In this document: piece by piece, positions 27,461 through 41,448 of the stretch | Layout: each line of letters opens with the position of its first letter | Position numbering within the stretch: the first letter of the stretch is position 1 | DNA from: Bugula neritina | Taxonomy: Eukaryota; Animalia; Bryozoa | Length of the DNA: 64,000 bases | Reading direction: 5' to 3' | Assembly: GCA_964035545.1 (NCBI GenBank) | Contig: OZ037772.1 | Location: 1,674,001-1,738,000 of the forward strand | Translations under genes and position numbers: made by a program | Notes under the pieces: model-generated | The model's input: the letters and a program-made list of their open reading frames with translations, nothing else | What the model was told of the DNA's origin: nothing | The model's database searches: none

Positions 27461-30400
27461 ATGGCAGAATCCAGAGTTGTGAAAAAAAGACTAAACAATT
27501 CGTATCGCTGTGGGTACTGCTCGCAGTATTTCAACAAACTTGAAGATCCCAGAACTCTGCCCTGTCTCCATGTGTACTGCATGAGATGTTTGAAGACTGA
27601 CATCGGTGGTAGGAAGGATCATATCAGATGTGCTTATTGTAGGTGAGTTACAGTACATAACACAATATATCATGTCATAGGCTTGCGTATGATTTTCTCA
27701 CTATCATCTAGGAGTTGTCTGATCTGTGTCTATGAAAAGCAAACAATACTCTATATTCTATGTGAACTCTGGTTACTAACTTGTGGAGTGTGTGGATATC
27801 TTTTCATTAGGTAGAGAAAATAACTGTTATGTAGATTACATCATCAGCTGTCCTTTCTTGTTGAATTGTGGTGTCTAATATAGTCTGTGAATTGAGTGTG
27901 TCCTTTAGCTTTGATGAGTTGATTACTTCTTCTACCATCAGTCAGTTGTATTGAGTGTTACTTTGTACTGAGTCATGAATAGTGTTGAGGATTTGGGCCT
28001 ATATTATGCCAACCCCCCCCCCCCTCTGACTTAGACTGTGACCCAACCTGCTGCACATACATAGCAGTACTACACTGAAGATAGTTAACATGTGTATGTG
28101 TCATCCTACTAGTAATGGATTACTAACTACAACTTATCATACGACTCACTCTTCCTATGATAGCTGCACAAGATAGGCAACACTCACATGTGACAGCACT
28201 CACAGTGCACTAGCTCTTGACACATTGCCAAGGATGATGAAATGACAGTTTCGCGCCACTCTTAGCAGTTAGAGTGGCATGGCATAGTTGTAGTATGTTG
28301 TAGTTTTGGCTCCTCAGAATTCACTCCTCAGTAATTAGTTGCATTGCACAAAGCTGCAACAATAGTGAATAATTATTGACAATATGGCCTCCACTCAGCA
28401 GTTAACTAGTAATTTATCTTGTAATTTTATAATACAAGTTACAGTTGGAGTCTATTTGTTGAGTAGCAGTTCTTTGTCATGAGTGACTATTTTCCAGCAT
28501 ATTAGGTACATAATATAGTCAAGTGTGTTTGTGTGGTAGCCTGTGGTTTATATAATGAATGTGTGTTGATGAGTGGTGAGTATTTATTTGAGTATTTGTC
28601 AAGGACATAGCTGTGTGTGTGGATGGAGTATTTCATTACTTGAGATATACTAAACACAGCTAACACAGGTAACATACTGATTGCTATATATTGTAGGAAA
28701 GATCACTATGACATCACAGATCCCACTACACTACCAGTAGCTCAGCATGGAGACCCCTTAGAATACAAGTCTCCACCCAAACCTGCACCCATTCACTGCG
28801 ATGTGTGTAAAGGTGGAACAGAAGCTGCTGTGTTTTGTATGGAGATTCAAAAGAAATTGTGTCAGCAGCATCAAGAAGTGAGTCTTTCTTATGTCATTTC
28901 TCAAAATTAGTTACTAAACCAGTTCTGGGTTGTGGAATATTATTGAAAAGAAATGTTGAGTCTGTGTGACTTTTTATACTAAACACACAGTTTCACAATG
29001 CAGTGAGTCAACTATGACAGACTTGTTGGTGAAAATACAACCAACTAAACTGTTGACCTTTATTATACAGAATCACAGAGAGCTGATGGGAGATAGACAT
29101 CAGTTTATTGACATTGAGGTCTACAGAGCTTCTCCCCAAAGATATACTGTAACTGAATGTGAACATCATAAACAGGAACAGCTGACAGAAGTGTGTTCCA
29201 AGTGTCACCAAATATTCTGTATGAGATGTGATATGAGGACTGGCTGTAAGGGTAAGACAGGTATTTACTTGCTGTTTCTATTTCTGTAGAAAGAAGCTGA
29301 GAAATGTTACAAGAACCTGTTATTTATTATTTTATTATTAAAGTGAGTTATGCAACAGTAAAAGAGGAAGTCAGTTTGTCAGCATTAAGGTTTGTGTGAG
29401 ACAGAAGTGGATAGTGCAGGGGTTTATATTCTCACTGTTATGTTGAATATTTAGTATTTCATCCTCAAGTGTCTGTTTCCTTGATAAGATGGTATAGGCA
29501 TAGCTTTAACTCAGTGGTGTCCCACCTTCTTCATACCATCCCTCTTTTTATAAATGTTTTCTATTAAGTTTCCCCTCTTTTGAGAAACACTGTAACTATT
29601 CATAAAGAAAATCACGGTACAGATTTTTTCCAGAAAAGGCCAGTGTGTTTGACATGGACCAGTGTCTGCCACAACTTCAGTTCAGCTTTGAAAGCATTGA
29701 TGCTGCTATTGAAAGCAATGAGTTGATGATTATACTCATTCATTTTAGGTTCAGAGTTTTTAGTACAGCAAATATAACTACTAGGTATGCAATAAATAGC
29801 TTATGGAGATCAGTTTGACTCACTGCAAAAACTTGCTGTTGGTTTTTACTTTCAATAAACCTTTTAGCCTCCATTCGTAGTAGGAGGGGTAGCAGCTAGA
29901 GTAGAGTGAATATTAGACACATGGATGTACAAGTAAACTTAGATTGTAGAGTGTAATGTGGATAAATAAATGAACTACATAAAATGAAGGAGTTATAATT
30001 ATACATATTCATGTAACCTGGAACACAAGTCAAGAGCTCAAAAAGCTGGTAACAAACTCTGTAAAATTTTAGAAATGAAAACCCCTAAAAAACTCAAATT
30101 TCCTGTGAAGGGGAAATTCCCCAAGGTTGAGAGCTACTGCTTTAATTTTTTCAACTATTTCATTCCAAGTGCAGTGAATATAAATGACATCTTTCTAGTC
30201 CAAGTCCAACTGACTTTAGTTATTACATAGTATGTGTGTAGTGATACATCATCTACCTGTAGGTACAGGTAGTAGGTGTAGAATAAGTACAATGTCATAT
30301 CTATAATAATGCTTTTATGAATAGTGTGATTTTATGTATACAGAGGAGACAGTAGCATCCCATGACTTGGCATCTTTGAGTGATTTGTCTTGTGAGTTAC

Positions 30401-33357
30401 GAGAAAGTCTGACTGGTGGAATAGAGACTCTGTCTGAGAAAGTTGCAGAGTTGAATGACATCTCAAAGGATGCCTGGAAAGAACTGAGTAAAATAGAAGA
30501 TGAAGTGAAGAAGATGGTTGCCAGAGTAAACGCTGTAGCTGACGCTCAGGTATGCTGACATGGTGATGTCCTCTAATGTATTTCTGTGTATTTCAGTGCA
30601 GAGGAACCTGTCAATACAGATGACTCACTCATCCTTCTGCAATTGTAAATCACTCACACAGAAAGGTTGGCTGTCTGAGTGATTGACAGGTGTCAGGAGG
30701 AGGAGACTAGTCACGTGATGTACTAGCTCTCTGCTGTGTATAGAGTGTCACGTGACTGAGTCATTGTCCACTCAGTGGGCAATTTGTCACTTTCATTTCA
30801 AGTGCAGAGGTTGTGAGGTGCAGATGTGGTTACACTGTGTTACTATTTATTAGATAGAAGAGATTAGAAAGAGAGCTACAAACTTGAGGCTAGAAATATA
30901 TGGATATTTGAAGAGCTGCACACAGATAGTGGATAATTATAGAATAGAGCTGGCCTTGAGTAAGACAATGGGCAGACAGTCTCTGCTGGACACAGTACAA
31001 CATGCAGTTGATAAGTTCAATGATGCAGGGATTGTGAGAGACTACAAAGAGATGAGTGAGAAGGTGGAAAAGGCAACAGATATTGGTGTAATAGAGAAGT
31101 GTGTACTTCCAGACAGCATCTTGGTACCAACATGTAGGTGGAGTCTATAAATAGTAACACTAACTATAAATAACTTTCTGCTTGTAATCAGTTGAATTGC
31201 TTTCACTGAATATTTTAATAGTAGAATAAGTAGATAGAGTTTATTTATCAGAGATTGAGTTTTGTTCTACTCTCACATTATGAGACATTTCTGCAGTGTT
31301 TCAGAGTTTATGATGTATAAGTGAGCTGCTAAACTGTGTTATGCTGACTACCTGCTGTCAGTATTAACAAGATATTCTCGCTTAAACCTGTGCATCACGT
31401 AGCAACTTGTAGTAACTACAGACTGTTTGTATTTAAAACATATTTTTATTTCAAGTTTGAAATTCTGTTCCCACCTCCTCAGGTGATGAGATTCTCAAGT
31501 TATAGAATTGTTATTTTGTTGTTGCAGACAGTGAAGACAGTCTGGGACTGAAGCTGCTGCAGCCACCATCTTCTCTACAGTCTGATGGACTTCCTGTACG
31601 TGACTGGTGTGCCACAATAAACATCTCAGCTGATGGACATCTCATGTGTCGGACACAGGAAGGTGTAAAAGTAATAAATAGAGACACTCTGGATACTATC
31701 AGCTCAATGAAGGACACCAACACTACATGGTGGAGGGAGATAATCCAACCTGAAGGGGTGGTGGTTGGCAGCTGGTATAACAAGAAGGAGGAAACAGTTG
31801 AAGTCTCACTTCTTGATCCGAACTCCTTTGAGAAGACTCGCTCTCTCTACAAGCATTCAGTAGATGTACCCTACGCTTACTATAGAACAGCTCAGCACGA
31901 CTCACTGCTCTATATTGTAGACTGGAGAGAGAAACAGCTGGTAGTCTGTAATCTAGTTGACAATAAAATACAGAAGTTCCCACTTCCTGAGATGGAGATC
32001 CCTTTCCCTGTATGCATCCTCCCAGACTCAACTCTCCTCATAGGAGACTGCACTGTAGATGGTAAAGTGAGAAGATATAAAGTGGAGAACACAACTCTCA
32101 CTCTAATGTGGGAGTTTCTTCACATCTCACTACTATCTGGTATTTCCTTTGATCCAACATCTGAACTGATTCACATATGTACAGGGGAAGGACCTCTCCT
32201 CATCCTCTCACTTGAAGGTAAATACTCTGTTTATTATAGTAAGTTTAGTTATTTTATATATAATTATGTTGCAGTAAATAATGTATTTTAATAATTACCA
32301 GTAAACAACTTCCACTCATAAGATATATTATGATATTGTTAGTATTTATCAAGTCACTGATGTTATTTTTAGCTAAAAGTTATGTAATAAAGACTGTAAC
32401 ATGCTGATAGTAGATGTTATATTCTTCATCACATGACTTGTAGCTAATAATAATATTAGTGAATAATACTGCCTCCCTACAATAAGTTTATTTCCACCTG
32501 CAGTAACATGCAGGATGTAAGCACAGGTAAAAGTGTATATTATATTGTATAGGTTTAAGGTGTACTCTGTGTAGTGTGCAGTGAGCTCTTAGTAAACTCT
32601 CTATTCAGTCTTCCTTTCCAAGGGTTCACCTGGTAGTGTAGAGGATAGGGACTCCACACTGTTGAGTGAGTTGGTGCTGCAAGGGGTTCAAACCCACCTA
32701 TCAGCATGTCTAGTTAGTATACTATGCAAGTGTTTTACAGTAATTTTAGAGGTGCTCAGTCCAACAACTGTACATACTGCCAGCTACATATGAGTTAGGA
32801 GTTGTAGTTTGACTTCAGTCTAGTGCTGCTATTGTTTTGGTCATCAGATAATTTAAATGTAAATAATTTGATACTTTTGACTGCCATTACTGAGATTATT
32901 GTAAGTTGATGATGGCTTGTAGAGCAGTGTTTGCTGGTGGGACTCAGGTGGCTGTGGTTGGTTCTTGTCAAGTATTTAATATGTGATAATGTTGGAGTAG
33001 CTGCAGTAACAGTAGTATTAGAAGTAGACATGTGGGTGTGTTAATGGTAAGAGCCACAGGCTAAGTTTGTGGGTCAAGGTCAATACAGTTGTATAAGGAG
33101 ACACTATTTTCTGTTAGAATATTTACTTCATGCATACAACCTGCTTAGTTCCATCTTTAAAGGCAGTCTGTCTGTTTTTCTCAATACACACCAACTGATA
33201 CAATATGATGCTATTATTTACAGGTCAACTGGTGCTTACTGTTCCCAGAGAAAGTCTTGGTGTGAGTGGCTGGGTGAGGGACATTGCTGTGTATAACAGA
33301 GACACAGTGTTTCTAGCATGTGGAGATGGTCTGAGGAGATACACAATAAAATACTAA
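27461..33357 (+). CDS. TRIM-like E3 ligase: RING, B-box, B-box, coiled coil, putative beta-propeller (7 coding exons)
   Basis: Phase-compatible GT-AG exons 27461-27642, 28697-28877, 29071-29251 (or 29260), 30344-30549, 30854-31133, 31528-32217, 33224-33357; C3HC4 RING CGYC...PCLHVYCMRC...CAYC; B-boxes CDVC...C...LCQQH and CEHH...CSKCHQIFCMRC; AATAAA at ~33535. Confidence 0.88.
29512..30139. mobile_element. Degenerate hAT-like MITE in a TRIM intron
   Basis: Ends CAGTGGTGTCCCACCTT / AAGGTTGAGAGCTACTG; flanks CTTTAACT and CTTTAATT (8-bp TSD, 1 mismatch). Confidence 0.6.
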
Positions 33358-35452
33358 ACTTATCAGCTACAGTTAACTAATAATCAGCTCAGTGAGGTAC
33401 TGAGAGATAAACTAGATAATATTTGTCATCAACATAGTTGGATTCATTACAATTCATCATTACACACACTCTGTATTTATAGTTAGATATGAGATGTTTT
33501 ACTGTATCAAATATATGTTGCCATTTTACTATGTAATAAAGTTTATTTGTTAGTGAAAATATAGTCTGTTTTCATGCCTCTTTAGCTTTAGTTCAAGTTG
33601 AGTTCACTTACTAAAAACTAATCTTTACTGGAGCAGTAACTGTAAATGACTTGTTAGTGAGAGAATTTATTCACTGAATTGACATGCAGGTGCAAGTAAC
33701 TCCAACATGACTAAGTAAATTTATTCCAACCAATCACAATGTTATACATTCCATTGCTGTGCAAACAATAGCATTGAGTAGCCAATCAAATTGTTTCTTG
33801 TCATGCAATCAGGAATCTGATAAATAATATATAAGGCAATCAACTAGATATAAACACTGTTTTACTCTACACATGAGCTGTCTGTGATACAGCTGCTTTG
33901 TGAAATGTGTGTAATTTGATGAGTTTAGTTCAATTGGTTGCAGTTTAATTATGACATGTTCACCATTATGTAATATATTAGAGGACAACTCCTCTCCAGT
34001 GTGCAGTGGTAGTATACTATTGGTCAAAGGGAGTTCTCAGTATAATATAAATAGCTGACCTCTCCTACACCAACACTCCTGAACACGGCCAGCCAGATGA
34101 CAAGAACTCTTGAACACCACTCAGGTTAAGGGACTCCACCCACCCAGGCACCCCTGAACAACATCCAAGGCAGACGTGTTCTGGATCACAGTCTTAACTC
34201 CTCACAGACTAAGACAGGAGCTGGAGTCATCCTCACAGCCAAGCAACCCATGCCAATATACCAACCCTAGCTAACCTGAATACTACAACTTATATATAGT
34301 ATTCGGAATAACTCCAAAGTAGCATATTTCTGTTAAAATAGCATTAATAATAAACAGATAAATTATATATTTATTGATTCAATCACTATTTGAGTTTTCA
34401 AATTGAAATTCAATAAGAGACATCAGCAAGTAATAATTATATGTTATGTAATAATACATGCCACAAAAAAGCATCCTTATAAAATTTAACAAAATGTATT
34501 AGCAGTTATCTATACTGAGATTATAATGTAATACTAATGTTGTGTAAAGTATTAAACTATCAACCACTCCCTCATATTATTATTTAACCTTTGACCTACA
34601 AACAATGATTAAATCATTTTCTTGTTGCTATACTGTCTTTTTTTAGTTGGCTCATAGAAACAGTTTCAATCTAACAATGTAGTGTTGATACAAATCAGAG
34701 AATATAAGCTCAACAATAAAACATAAGAAATAAATATCCTCAATATCCTAAGGAATATTCCAGAGAACACTGCAGGCTAAGCTAAGATATTTTACAACTA
34801 CATGCAGTTGACATATCTTCATGAATTGTGGACCATTTTGGTGTTTCTGGGGGCACAGACAAGTTGCAATGACTCCAACAGAATTTTTTTTAGTAGGTTT
34901 CAGTTCATCTTGGATAAATTACAGCTTGTTGTCTTTTGGTGGAATAGTATTGATGATACACTACCTTGTTTGACCTCAATAGTGTTGATGGTACACTACC
35001 TTGTTTGGCCTCAACGGTGTTGATGGCACACTACCTTGTTTGACCTCAACAGCTTTAATGGTACACTACCTTGTTTGGCCTCATTAGTCTCGCTAATATA
35101 ATATTAACAGCACAACTTGCAAAATTTTCCTAATTTAACTTGGTTCATATTATGATGTTAATATGTTGACATTTATAACCTCTGATATATTTCTATGTTT
35201 ATAACCTATCAATATGCTCTGATCTACAGTCTTTATTGCCATTCAAGGTGTTGCTCACTGCTGGTCAAACCCATTAACCCCCAACTTACTGTCTACATAG
35301 AAAACTGTCTGCTCTCCCTCCATGGTACATAGCTCATACAATAATGTGTATATTTGCTTTTGCACATTCATTACATAAAACACCAGCCATTGTGCTAAAA
35401 GTAGAGTTTTGTTGTAGTCTCACATATTATAACATGGCCAGTTCAAACTTAA

Positions 35453-36221
35453 AGGATTGCTCAATCTTAGTTTATTACAATCACATTATAATTATGAACT
35501 ATAATTTAATGTGTATGCAAACAATTGTGACTTTGCAAAGGGATATGTGCCTAGAAAACAGCTTTTCAAAATTCCAATTATGAGGGCGGTAAAATTTTCA
35601 GCCATGAAAAAGAATAGCCTAATACGTGACGTGTGAACGCCAGTAACTATGCTGCACGTGCTAACTATAACGCTAGTATTCAGGGTTGCTGAGCACAATA
35701 TCAACCAATAACGCTCAAGCAGTTACAGTGCGCTATATAGGTCAGCTTTGGTGCGCCCGTAATATTGCACAAACTGACCTAGTTTAGATCGATCGCAGGC
35801 ATTCATCCTAAAGAATGCATGCTTTTGCAATGCTTTTTTCTAATGGTTACAAGCAAAATATAGCCTAATGATATTACATACATGTTATTTAAAATGTCAA
35901 AAAACTATAGATTAAGATAATTCACATTTGCACTTCTATAAATATACAAATTACGAGCTGAAAGATCACATCTCACAGTCATATTTCCATAGTTATTCAT
36001 TTGTATAGTCACGTGACCAGCAGGAATGCTGGCGCTGTTACGTCACAGTTCCCAGCTCATTTCAAAATCGGCGTTTTGGCTGTTACCAATCTACACCCTC
36101 AACTTCAACTAACTTTTTCTACCTTTGGTCAAATGCTTTTTGTCAATACATGCTTAGAAAAACACAATATTATGTGTGTTTGACCTAAATGGCCATTTAT
36201 TAGACAAGATAGAGCAATCCT
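35453..36221. mobile_element. Non-autonomous TTAA-targeting DNA transposon (Kolobok-like termini)
   Basis: TTAA|AGGATTGCTCAATCTT ... AAGATAGAGCAATCCT|TTAA; purine-purine termini fit Kolobok rather than piggyBac (CCY); second partial copy at 4026-4244. Confidence 0.8.
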
Positions 36222-36673
36222 TTAAGGTTTGTAGTTTCTGAGGCTTTTATTAAGCTGTTGCTGGAGAAAATTGCTAAGAATTTACTGCAGTGAATCTTGT
36301 TATACACATTACTTATGGAATGCATATCTGTGGAATATTTGATCTACTCTGTATCATGTAAACTAACTTACACACAAGTTACATACAGCTACTACTTGAT
36401 AGGGAAGTAATAGACTCACACTAACAGAGTTATTGACATGAAAAAGTAAATAATATTTAAATTGTGATGACTAAGTAAGTAGATGAGTCATAAAACCAGT
36501 CAAAAAATAATTTCTACAAACAAACTTTATTGAGTAAATGTGACTACAGAGTCTTGACAACATAGCAGAGTAAATATGTTACATAATAATTACTAATCAA
36601 CATCAAATCTGCATATAAACAGTGTAAGTCCTGTGGAATATATGATATTATACTGTGAGTAGAACACAATATA

Positions 36674-37475
36674 TTAAATTTGACATGTACTATTGATGAC
36701 CTCACTGAGCTGATTATTAGTAGACTGTAGCTGATAAGTATAGTATTTTATTGTGTATCTCCTCAGTCCATCTCCACATGCTAGAAACACTGTGTCTCTG
36801 TTATACACAGCAATGTCCCACACCAAGTCACTAACACCAAGACTTTCTTTGGGAATTGTTACCATCAGTTCACCTTTAAAAAATATAATGTCAGATTGAA
36901 TCAGTTTGAGACAAACAAACAGACTACAGTGACATCACAACAGCAAGTTTCTACTTTCTAATATAATATAGTAACTGAAATATATTCGATAATAATACAA
37001 TAAATTTCAAATATATTTCTCACTCAGAAAGACTTCCTTTAAAGATGCAACTAAGCAGATTATGTTGAAGATAGTAAAGTTCTACCAGTCAGTATTGAAT
37101 AATTCACTAAGCTGCTCTACTGTTTACTTCATAATAAATGACAACATGGAGAGACTCAACATAGAAATTTACCCCCTCAGCAAATATGATTATACAGGAG
37201 AGAAGATATATAATATAAGTATTACATACATGAAGTAAATATTCTAACAGAAAATAGTGTCTCATTATACAACTGTATTGACATTGACCCACAAACTTAG
37301 CCTGTGGCTCTTATATAGAACACACCCACATGTCTACTTCTAATAATACTGCTACTACAGCTACTCCAACATTATCACATATTAAATACTTAACAAGAAC
37401 CAACCACAGCAACCTCAGTCCCACTAGCAAACACTGCGCTACCAGCCACCATCAAATTACACTAGTCTCAGCAAT
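36674..37475 (-). pseudogene. Inverted paralogous copy of the TRIM last exon and part of its upstream intron
   Basis: Exon 36873-36674 reads ELMVTIPKESLGVSDLVWDIAVYNRDTVFLACGDGLRRYTIKY, matching 33224-33357; intron similarity to ~32880-33165; no upstream exons seen. Confidence 0.85.
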
Positions 37476-37479
37476 AATT

Positions 37480-37980
37480 ACATAACATAAGTTATATTAC
37501 ATAATATAAGATATATTACATAATATAATATATATTACATAATATAAGATATATTACATGATATAAGATCTATTACATAATATAAGTTATATTACATAAT
37601 ATAAGATATATTACATAATATAAGATATATTACATAATATAAGATATATTACATATTATAAGATAGATTACATAATATAAGATATATTACATGATATAAG
37701 ATATATTACATGATATAAGATATATTACATAATATAAGATATATTACATAATATAAGATATATTACATAATATAAGATATATTACATGATATAAGATATA
37801 TTACATGATATAAGATATATTACATGATATAAGATATATTACATGATATAAGATATATTACATAATATAAGATATATTACATAATATAAGATATATTACA
37901 TGATATAAGATATATTACATAATATAAGATATATTACATGATATAAGATATATTACATGATATAAGATATATTACATAAT
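37480..37980. repeat. 17-bp minisatellite (ATATTACATAATATAAG)n
   Basis: Direct tandem repeats. Confidence 0.95.
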
Positions 37981-38212
37981 AATTATATACTCTTTCTATA
38001 ATGTATAATCTTGCATACACATACAGCCATTAAAACCTCTTGCTATTTAGTTTAAGTTTATCAATTTAGACACAGAATGCATTTGATCTTCAGTCCCATG
38101 ACTGTCAAAACAACACATTTCACATTCATTGGTTATACAAGAGATTGTTTCTCCAATAATAGCAGCGTTACTCTAAATTGAAAAAAGAAACTACTATAAA
38201 GTTATCAGTTAA

Positions 38213-38463
38213 TTGAATAGAATCATCTAAAGGGTATAGATATAGAATAAGTATATTGAATAGAGTCATCTAAAGGGTATAGATATAGAATAAGTATATT
38301 GAATAGAGTCATCTAAAGGGTATAGATATAGAATAAGTATATTGAATAGAGTCATCTAAAGGGTATAGATATAGAATGAGTATATTGAATAGAGTCATCT
38401 AAAGGGTATAGATATAGAATAAGTATATTGAATAGAGTCATCTAAAGGGTATAGATATAGAAT
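38213..38463. repeat. 43-bp minisatellite, about 6 copies
   Basis: GAATAGAGTCATCTAAAGGGTATAGATATAGAATAAGTATATT repeated. Confidence 0.92.
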
Positions 38464-38897
38464 GGTAACCACAGACATCAGAAGAAGCAGAAGACACTTT
38501 CTACCACCAGACGTACCTCTTTGAAGGGAAGCTCCCCGAGTAGGAATTGTCCCATCATGACCATGCGGGCCACCCAGAAGAAGAGGATATCCAGTCCAGT
38601 CTCTAGCAGAGTACCCGGGTAGTAGGCTTGCAGGTCGGGGGTGTTATCTGGCCACCCCATAGTCTAGAAAGGAAATATTCCAGAACTAAACCAAGTGTCC
38701 AGCACATCCTCATCTGTATAACAGGCAGGAAATGGAACAATGTTCAGAGTTGTCTTCTCTGACAAACTGAAACTGGGGTTAATTTACTCAAAGGAAATGT
38801 CTACTCCGTGAACAAAAGAAAAAAAAAATATCAATAAGTAGTTAGAGAAATGTAGCTCGCTGCTTTACTATAAAGGAGAAGAGAAAGTTGGAGGTGT

Positions 38898-39210
38898 GTA
38901 CATACTCAATACACACTCAATACATACTCAATACATACTCAATATATACTCAATACATACTCAATACATACTCAATATATATTCAATACATACTCAATAC
39001 ATACTCAATATATACTCAATACATACTCAATATATACTCAGTATATAATCAATATATACTCAATATATGCTCAATATATACTCAATATATACTCAATATA
39101 TGCTCAATATATACTCAATATATACTCAATACATACTCAATACATACTCAATACATACTCAATACATACTCAGTACATACTCAATATATACTCAATATAT
39201 ACCCAACATA
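38898..39210. repeat. 11-bp minisatellite (ACTCAATACAT)n
   Basis: Direct tandem repeats. Confidence 0.93.
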
Positions 39211-39385
39211 CACTTGAGCTGTCAGATGAAAGAGAATTACCCTGGTTAAGACTGATGACATTTGGATGTACGTTAAACTTCATTGCTGCCTTTGACAGCG
39301 CTTCATGATAGGATCTGCCAGTCACCCAGTAGTTGTTGTCACTAAACTATGTAAAATATATAGAGGTCAAGAGGTCACTGAACTA

Positions 39386-40041
39386 TCACAGGCTTTCCAT
39401 GTATCGATCTCACTGAGATTGATCTAAGAAATCTGCTCAGAGTGTCAGATAGATCTCACGGAGTTACCTCCTCTCAAGTGAAAGATGCTTTAATAGTATG
39501 ATTTGCTCACCAATCTGACTGATTAAAGCTACTGCTGTCAAAAACAAGATTGTTGCAGTCTAAATTTAATGCCAGCTATAAACTATACTATAATTTTATA
39601 TAATCGAGTTTTCTTAATCATCGTACTGAAAGTCAAAGTTTGGCATCTGAAAATATGACTATCATAATTAATAAGTAATTTGCTTAGTAATTATCAATAA
39701 CTTATCATTTTTATTAGCAGACAGCATTTTAGCGAACATTTATTTTTCTACTTCTTAGATCGATCTTTCGTCTTTCCATGGTCTTATTGCCTTGAGGTCG
39801 ATCCACGGAAAGCCGGTGTATGTACAAGATGTAGAGGTAAAGAGGTCACCAGACTATGTTCAAAATATAAGGGTCAAGAGACTATGTAAAATATACAGAT
39901 GTCAAGAGGTCACTGAGCTATGATGAACAATGTACAATATAATCACAGGCTTTCCATGGACGACTGAGATCGATCTTTGATGTCTTTTCATGGAGCGATC
40001 TCACCAATATAGATTTGAGATCGATCCATGGAAAGCCAGTG
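39386..40041. mobile_element. Two related MITE copies (approx. 39386-39818 and internally deleted 39944-40041)
   Basis: Both start CACAGGCTTTCCATG and end ...CCAYGGAAAGCCRGTG (inverted termini). Confidence 0.6.
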
Positions 40042-40444
40042 AAAGGGTCACACCCACTCCAGAAATGGCCACACCCACTCCGGAAAGAGCCACACCCACT
40101 CTAGAAAGGCCACACCTACTCCAGAAAGGGCCGCACCCACTCTAGAAAGGCCACACCTACTCCAGAAAGGGCCACATTAAAGGGAATTCATAGTTTATCA
40201 ACATACACATAGTCTGTGGTAAATATTAGGTCTGTGCTAAATCCACTTGCTTTCTGTAAATAACACAAGACAAGATGAAGAATGAGTCATACCTCAGCCT
40301 TAGGTTGCCCCTGTATCTGCACAAAGTAGGTTGGTATTCTGTGCCCCCACCAGTTATCTTCACCGCCCCTATCAACAATTAGATGGGAAATGAGAAGCGC
40401 TGAGGCTATGAATATTACAAACAGTACTCATTGCTTGTTTCTTC

Positions 40445-40579
40445 GAGGTAGCACAACTCCTAATTGTGTGACATATTTCTAAGTTGAAATGGTTTTTCCT
40501 TGCATTATATATTATATAATGCAAGGAAAAACCATATCAACTTAGAAATATGTCACACAATTAGGAGTTATGCCACCTC
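40445..40579. mobile_element. 135-bp near-perfect palindrome (probable MITE, GAG...CTC ends)
   Basis: GAGGTAGCACAACTCCTAATTGTGTGAC...GTCACACAATTAGGAGTTATGCCACCTC; no clear TSD. Confidence 0.7.
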
Positions 40580-40792
40580 TTTGTCAAAAACACGGAATAC
40601 TAGATTCACACACCAAACAGTACTCGTTGCTATACAAATAGACTCCAATTTAGTTCTCCCTCCGTATCTCAGTAAGCTGAGGGACCTGAAACCTCAATTC
40701 ATGACATAATAGAATTCTTACCATAGCAGAATACCATATTTAACACACGGATCTGTTAAATTATTTTGTTCCTACACACAAAAGGCTTTGAA

Positions 40793-41448
40793 AATACAGG
40801 ACAACAGGCTATGAATATACAGGACAACAGGCTATGAATATACAGGACAACAGGCTATGGATATACAGGACAACAGGCTATGAATATACAGGACAACAGG
40901 CTATGAATATACAGGACAACAGGCTATGAATATACAGGACAACAGGCTATGAATATACAGGACAACAGGCTATGAATATACAGGACAACAGGCTATGAAT
41001 ATACAGGACAACAGGCTATGAATATACAGGACAACAGGCTATGGATATACAGGACAACAGGCTATGAATATACAGGACAACGGGCTATGAATATACAGGA
41101 CAACGGGCTATGAATATACAGGACAACGGGCTATGAATATACAGGACAACAGGCTATGAATATACAGGACAACAGGCTATGAATATACAGGACAACGGGC
41201 TATGAATATACAGGACAACAGGCTATGAATATACAGGACAACGCGCTATGAATATACAGGACAACAGGCTATGAATATACAGGACAACAGGCTATGAATA
41301 TACAGGACAACAGGCCATGAATATACAGGACAACAGGCTATGAATATACAGGACAACAGGCTATGAATATACAGGACAACAGGCTATGAATATACAGGAC
41401 AACAGGCTATGAATATACAGGACAATAGGCTATGAATATACAGGAAAC
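40793..41448. repeat. 23-bp minisatellite (GGACAACAGGCTATGAATATACA)n
   Basis: About 28 highly homogeneous copies. Confidence 0.96.

Noticed and set aside
27461-33357. Functional link between the TRIM gene and the neighbouring retroelements
   Set aside because: Proximity alone carries no functional implication in an animal genome
34005-34288. Possible solo LTR ending in TACTACA
   Set aside because: No clean TG start or TSD, and no second copy in the window
35344-35583. Near-identical peptides here and at 4114-4302 suggesting a small gene family
   Set aside because: Both come from the terminus of the same non-coding TTAA transposon
40793-41448. Regular 23-bp array as a CRISPR candidate
   Set aside because: No unique spacers, no cas genes, eukaryotic intron context; the other arrays fail for the same reasons
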